This document shows, piece by piece, positions 61,311-64,000 of a stretch of DNA of 64,000 nucleotides (within the stretch, counting starts at the first letter, position 1; every line of letters begins with the position of its first letter). Under the pieces are notes generated by a model, which was not told the DNA's origin, ran no database searches, and saw nothing but the letters and a program-made list of their open reading frames with translations. Source of the stretch: an uncultured delta proteobacterium (GTDB lineage Bacteria > Desulfobacterota > Desulfobacteria > Desulfobacterales > JAFDCJ01). A program made the position numbers and the translations under genes. The DNA lies in contig CAVYNY010000010.1 in the NCBI GenBank assembly GCA_963769935.1, forward strand, positions 224,001 to 288,000. The letters are read 5' to 3'.

Positions 61311-61748
61311 TTACTCACTGCTGATAATTTTAACCACCACCAGGATTTTCTTCGATTCTTTATCGGTCCCGATAAACGGCAGTTTAACGGTCTGGGACTT
61401 GCCGGGCTCTAATACCGGTGGTTTGCCCTTGGTCGGCACCAATGATCCAAAGGCCTTGTCCATGTCTTCCAAGAAAATATTAAGCCGATACCGCAGTGGT
61501 GTGGCGGTAGTATTTTCCAGACCGACCGTAAATATGAGCGCCGGCTGCCCGCCCTCTTGACCTACCGCGCAGTCGAACTGGGTTATTTTCGCTTCTTTGA
61601 CCACTTCCCAAGTGATCTTGGCGTCACAATTGGATTTCTCCGGTGCACCTTTTCCGGTTCCGGCGCACCCTGCCAATAAAAACGCCCCTGCCAGACTCAA
61701 AACAAGGACTGCCATCATGGATGCCCTTTTCAATCGCTTCATCCGCAT
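61311..61748 (-). CDS. Hypothetical lipoprotein
   Basis: Lipobox LLAGC; GGAGG RBS; beta-rich mature domain. Confidence 0.75.
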   Translation of the reverse strand: MRMKRLKRASMMAVLVLSLAGAFLLAGCAGTGKGAPEKSNCDAKITWEVVKEAKITQFDCAVGQEGGQPALIFTVGLENTTATPLRYRLNIFLEDMDKAFGSLVPTKGKPPVLEPGKSQTVKLPFIGTDKESKKILVVVKIISSE

Positions 61749-62077
61749 ACCTCCTTTTTTGATGTTTAAAACACATTGCAGCGTTAACAGGTTCTTTCCT
61801 GACCCCACGCTTTCGAACCGAAAGCAGATTTCAACATTCAGAGTCAGCTGTCTTCGATAGATGTCTAACCGTTCAGCCTCCCCTCTGAATTTCCTGAAGG
61901 GTATCCTGATATGATCATTTACCGCTTGAAAAAGAACCGCCGGTTATTGCATACAATTTAGCTGGGGATGAAAGTCCAATAGCAGGGTATTGTTTTAGAA
62001 GTCAAGGGATAGATGAGACGTCCATTCAGCGCAGCCGTATTGGTAACATGGCAGGAGCCATCGGGAAGAGAGGCAGC

Positions 62078-62465
62078 GCGTTGCGTTTCGGGTTGTCGGT
62101 TGGGGATGGCCGGTTGTCGGTTGCGAGGTTCCAGTGATGCGATTTGAGTTACGAAGCAATGTGTTACAGGTTAATAGTTCCGATAAAAGAGTTAAGGTTT
62201 GTCGACCTTAGAAAAATAAGGTGTTTACCGATAGCCATACGATTAACACGAAACGCGGAACCGGCTTCAAAAAATGCTTCAACCCCCTCTCAGCCGAAAC
62301 CCGTATCCCATACCTCGCACCTCGCAACCCGCTCCTCGCAACGCGCAACCCGCAACTAGCATCTAAAATCATTCCGATTCCAATTGTTTCTGTTTTCTCC
62401 TTCTGACACCTGACACCAGACACCTGAAAACAAAGTTCTGCCTTCTGTCTCCTGTTCTCTGTCTC
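62078..62465. repeat. Degenerate 7-mer tandem tracts (GGTTGCG/CGCAACC, CTGACAC, TCTGTCT)
   Basis: Visible periodicity; the 62080-62130 and 62310-62355 tracts are roughly inverted copies. Confidence 0.6.
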
Positions 62466-63453
62466 AATCCCCCATCGCCGCCGCCGGCCACATGTAGTAG
62501 AAACCGGTGTGAACCTGGTTGAGGGATTCAAGAAATTGCAGGGAAATGACTGACAGATCGCCCCCGCCGTAGCGGGTGGAAGTGTTGTAAATATTGTCAT
62601 CCGGATATTCGGTGCGGCGGTAAACCACCACTTTTGCATCTTCGGGGAGATTCGCCAGCTTTTTAGCCGCGGCAAGCGCCTGGTCCAGATAGCCGACCCC
62701 ATCCACCATCCCCAGCTCAAGGGCGTCATTGGCCAGATACACGCGGGCCGTTGAAATTTCAGCCATTGCGGCCGGATCAAGTTTGCGATGTTTGGCAACC
62801 AAATCAATAAATCGTTTTCCCAGACGATCGGTCATGGCCTGCAGCATCTTGTTTTCTTCCGGAGTGGTCCGGCGGAAAGGAGCCCCCATGTCTTTATTGA
62901 TGCCGGATTTATTCACCTCAACGCCCACGCCGACTTTCTGCATCAGATCGATCACCTTGGGTCGTATGAAAATGACACCCACCGACCCGGTTAACGTCGT
63001 GGGATGGGCCATGATATAATCCGCCGGCAGAGAAATATAGTAGCCACCTGAAGCCGCGACATCCATCATGGCGGCAACTACCTTTGCTCCCGTACGTTTC
63101 TTGAAGGCAATGATTTCGTTATAAAGAATATCACTGGCTGTCACGGAACCACCCGGTGAATCAATTTTTAACAGCACCGCTTTAACGTTTTTATCCTTTT
63201 CCGCCAGCTGGAGCTGAGATACAACTTCCTGCACCAGACTTGGTTTGGTGCGAAAAAACTCCTCGTGGGGGGCATCTGAGATGATGCCTCTTATTGGAAT
63301 GATCAGAACCTTTTGTTCCGTTTTACCCTCTAGCTTGAATTCTTTGAGAGGATCCGCCTGGCTTGGGAAAAGTCTGATTTTGGGGGTTGCGCAACCGCTA
63401 AAGACAAGGGCAATTACCATAAGCAGAAATAACATTGTTTTTCGCATATTCAT
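62464..63453 (-). CDS. sppA: Signal peptide peptidase SppA (short type, lipoprotein)
   Basis: VFSGC lipobox; IDSPGGS, AASGGYY, TGSVGV and LGMVD motifs. Confidence 0.92.
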   Translation of the reverse strand: MNMRKTMLFLLMVIALVFSGCATPKIRLFPSQADPLKEFKLEGKTEQKVLIIPIRGIISDAPHEEFFRTKPSLVQEVVSQLQLAEKDKNVKAVLLKIDSPGGSVTASDILYNEIIAFKKRTGAKVVAAMMDVAASGGYYISLPADYIMAHPTTLTGSVGVIFIRPKVIDLMQKVGVGVEVNKSGINKDMGAPFRRTTPEENKMLQAMTDRLGKRFIDLVAKHRKLDPAAMAEISTARVYLANDALELGMVDGVGYLDQALAAAKKLANLPEDAKVVVYRRTEYPDDNIYNTSTRYGGGDLSVISLQFLESLNQVHTGFYYMWPAAAMGD

Positions 63454-63494
63454 CCACCTTGGCCTTTTTTTGTTGATTTGTTTATTGGATTTAT

Positions 63495-63540
63495 TGAGTT
63501 GGTTGATTTGGTTGAGCTGGTTGATTTGGTTGAGCTGAGC
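63495..63540. repeat. 9-mer tandem repeat (TTGA[G/T][C/T]TGG)
   Basis: About five consecutive units upstream of sppA. Confidence 0.7.
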
Positions 63541-63901
63541 TAACAGTTTAGCAAGCAATATAATGAAGGCATTATGAAGTGTCAAGAAACGGCAATGATC
63601 CGTCTTCAGTCTTGCTCAACGGCATCAACAACTCCAGACCCGGGTTTGCAGAACGAATCGCTGTAATTGAGGCGAATGTTTTGGTCATTGAATATTGAGA
63701 TTTGGGATTTACCTGCCCTGTTAAATCTTCTTGTAAGGATTTGCGAAGTGGTTCAATAATATAATCTTCATTCCGAAAAAGGTCATGCCAATTATCCAAT
63801 TATTTAACGGGGTAAATAATTTGGTGCTTGCGATTTGGGTTTTTAATGTCATATAAGAACTACTTCTCCCGGAGTCTATCAAGATCATATACACACAGCA
63901 A

Positions 63902-64000
63902 TCAGGGTCCTATCACAACGGATCGGAGAATATCAGGACGGTTGGTGATGATGCCGTCCACACCCATCTCCATTAGACGGACCATATCACGGCGAGAATC
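63902..64000 (-). CDS. Glycerophosphodiester phosphodiesterase, C-terminal fragment
   Basis: DMVRLMEMGVDGIITNRPD motif followed by a stop. Confidence 0.8.
   Translation of the reverse strand, partial: DSRRDMVRLMEMGVDGIITNRPDILRSVVIGP

Noticed and set aside
63454..63585. N-terminal QLNQINQLN extension of SppA in the ORF track
   Set aside because: It is the translation of a non-coding 9-mer repeat; the lipoprotein signal begins at about 63453

Overview
A gene-dense bacterial chromosomal window. Gene content and intergenic repeat style suggest a Desulfobacterales-like anaerobic deltaproteobacterium (inference). There are two main systems. (1) About 13.9-35.2 kb: an organic-acid catabolic neighbourhood. 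It holds a TRAP transporter, IclR and FadR/GntR regulators whose operator palindromes are visible, and a divergent ATP-citrate-lyase/citryl-CoA-synthetase-like acid-CoA ligase pair with a ferredoxin gene between the subunits. It also holds a CitE/malyl-CoA-lyase family enzyme, a 10-formyl-THF-hydrolase-like protein, a four-gene Na+-pumping oxaloacetate decarboxylase, a GlcD-GlcE fusion plus GlcF, and a DapA/HOGA-like aldolase. This fits an energy-conserving glycolate/glyoxylate (malyl-CoA) route or a citrate route. (2) About 45.4-56.5 kb: a sigma54/multi-component-regulated hdrA-mvhD-fdhB-fdhA cluster. Three of its genes are split in the ORF track by in-frame TGA codons that are selenocysteine sites, each with a downstream hairpin. 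The window also has housekeeping and transport genes, a TAXI-TRAP/creatininase operon, an IS91-like transposase remnant, a MITE, a dispersed palindromic repeat family, and five frameshifts in four otherwise intact genes (probably sequencing indels). No rRNA, tRNA or CRISPR array was seen.
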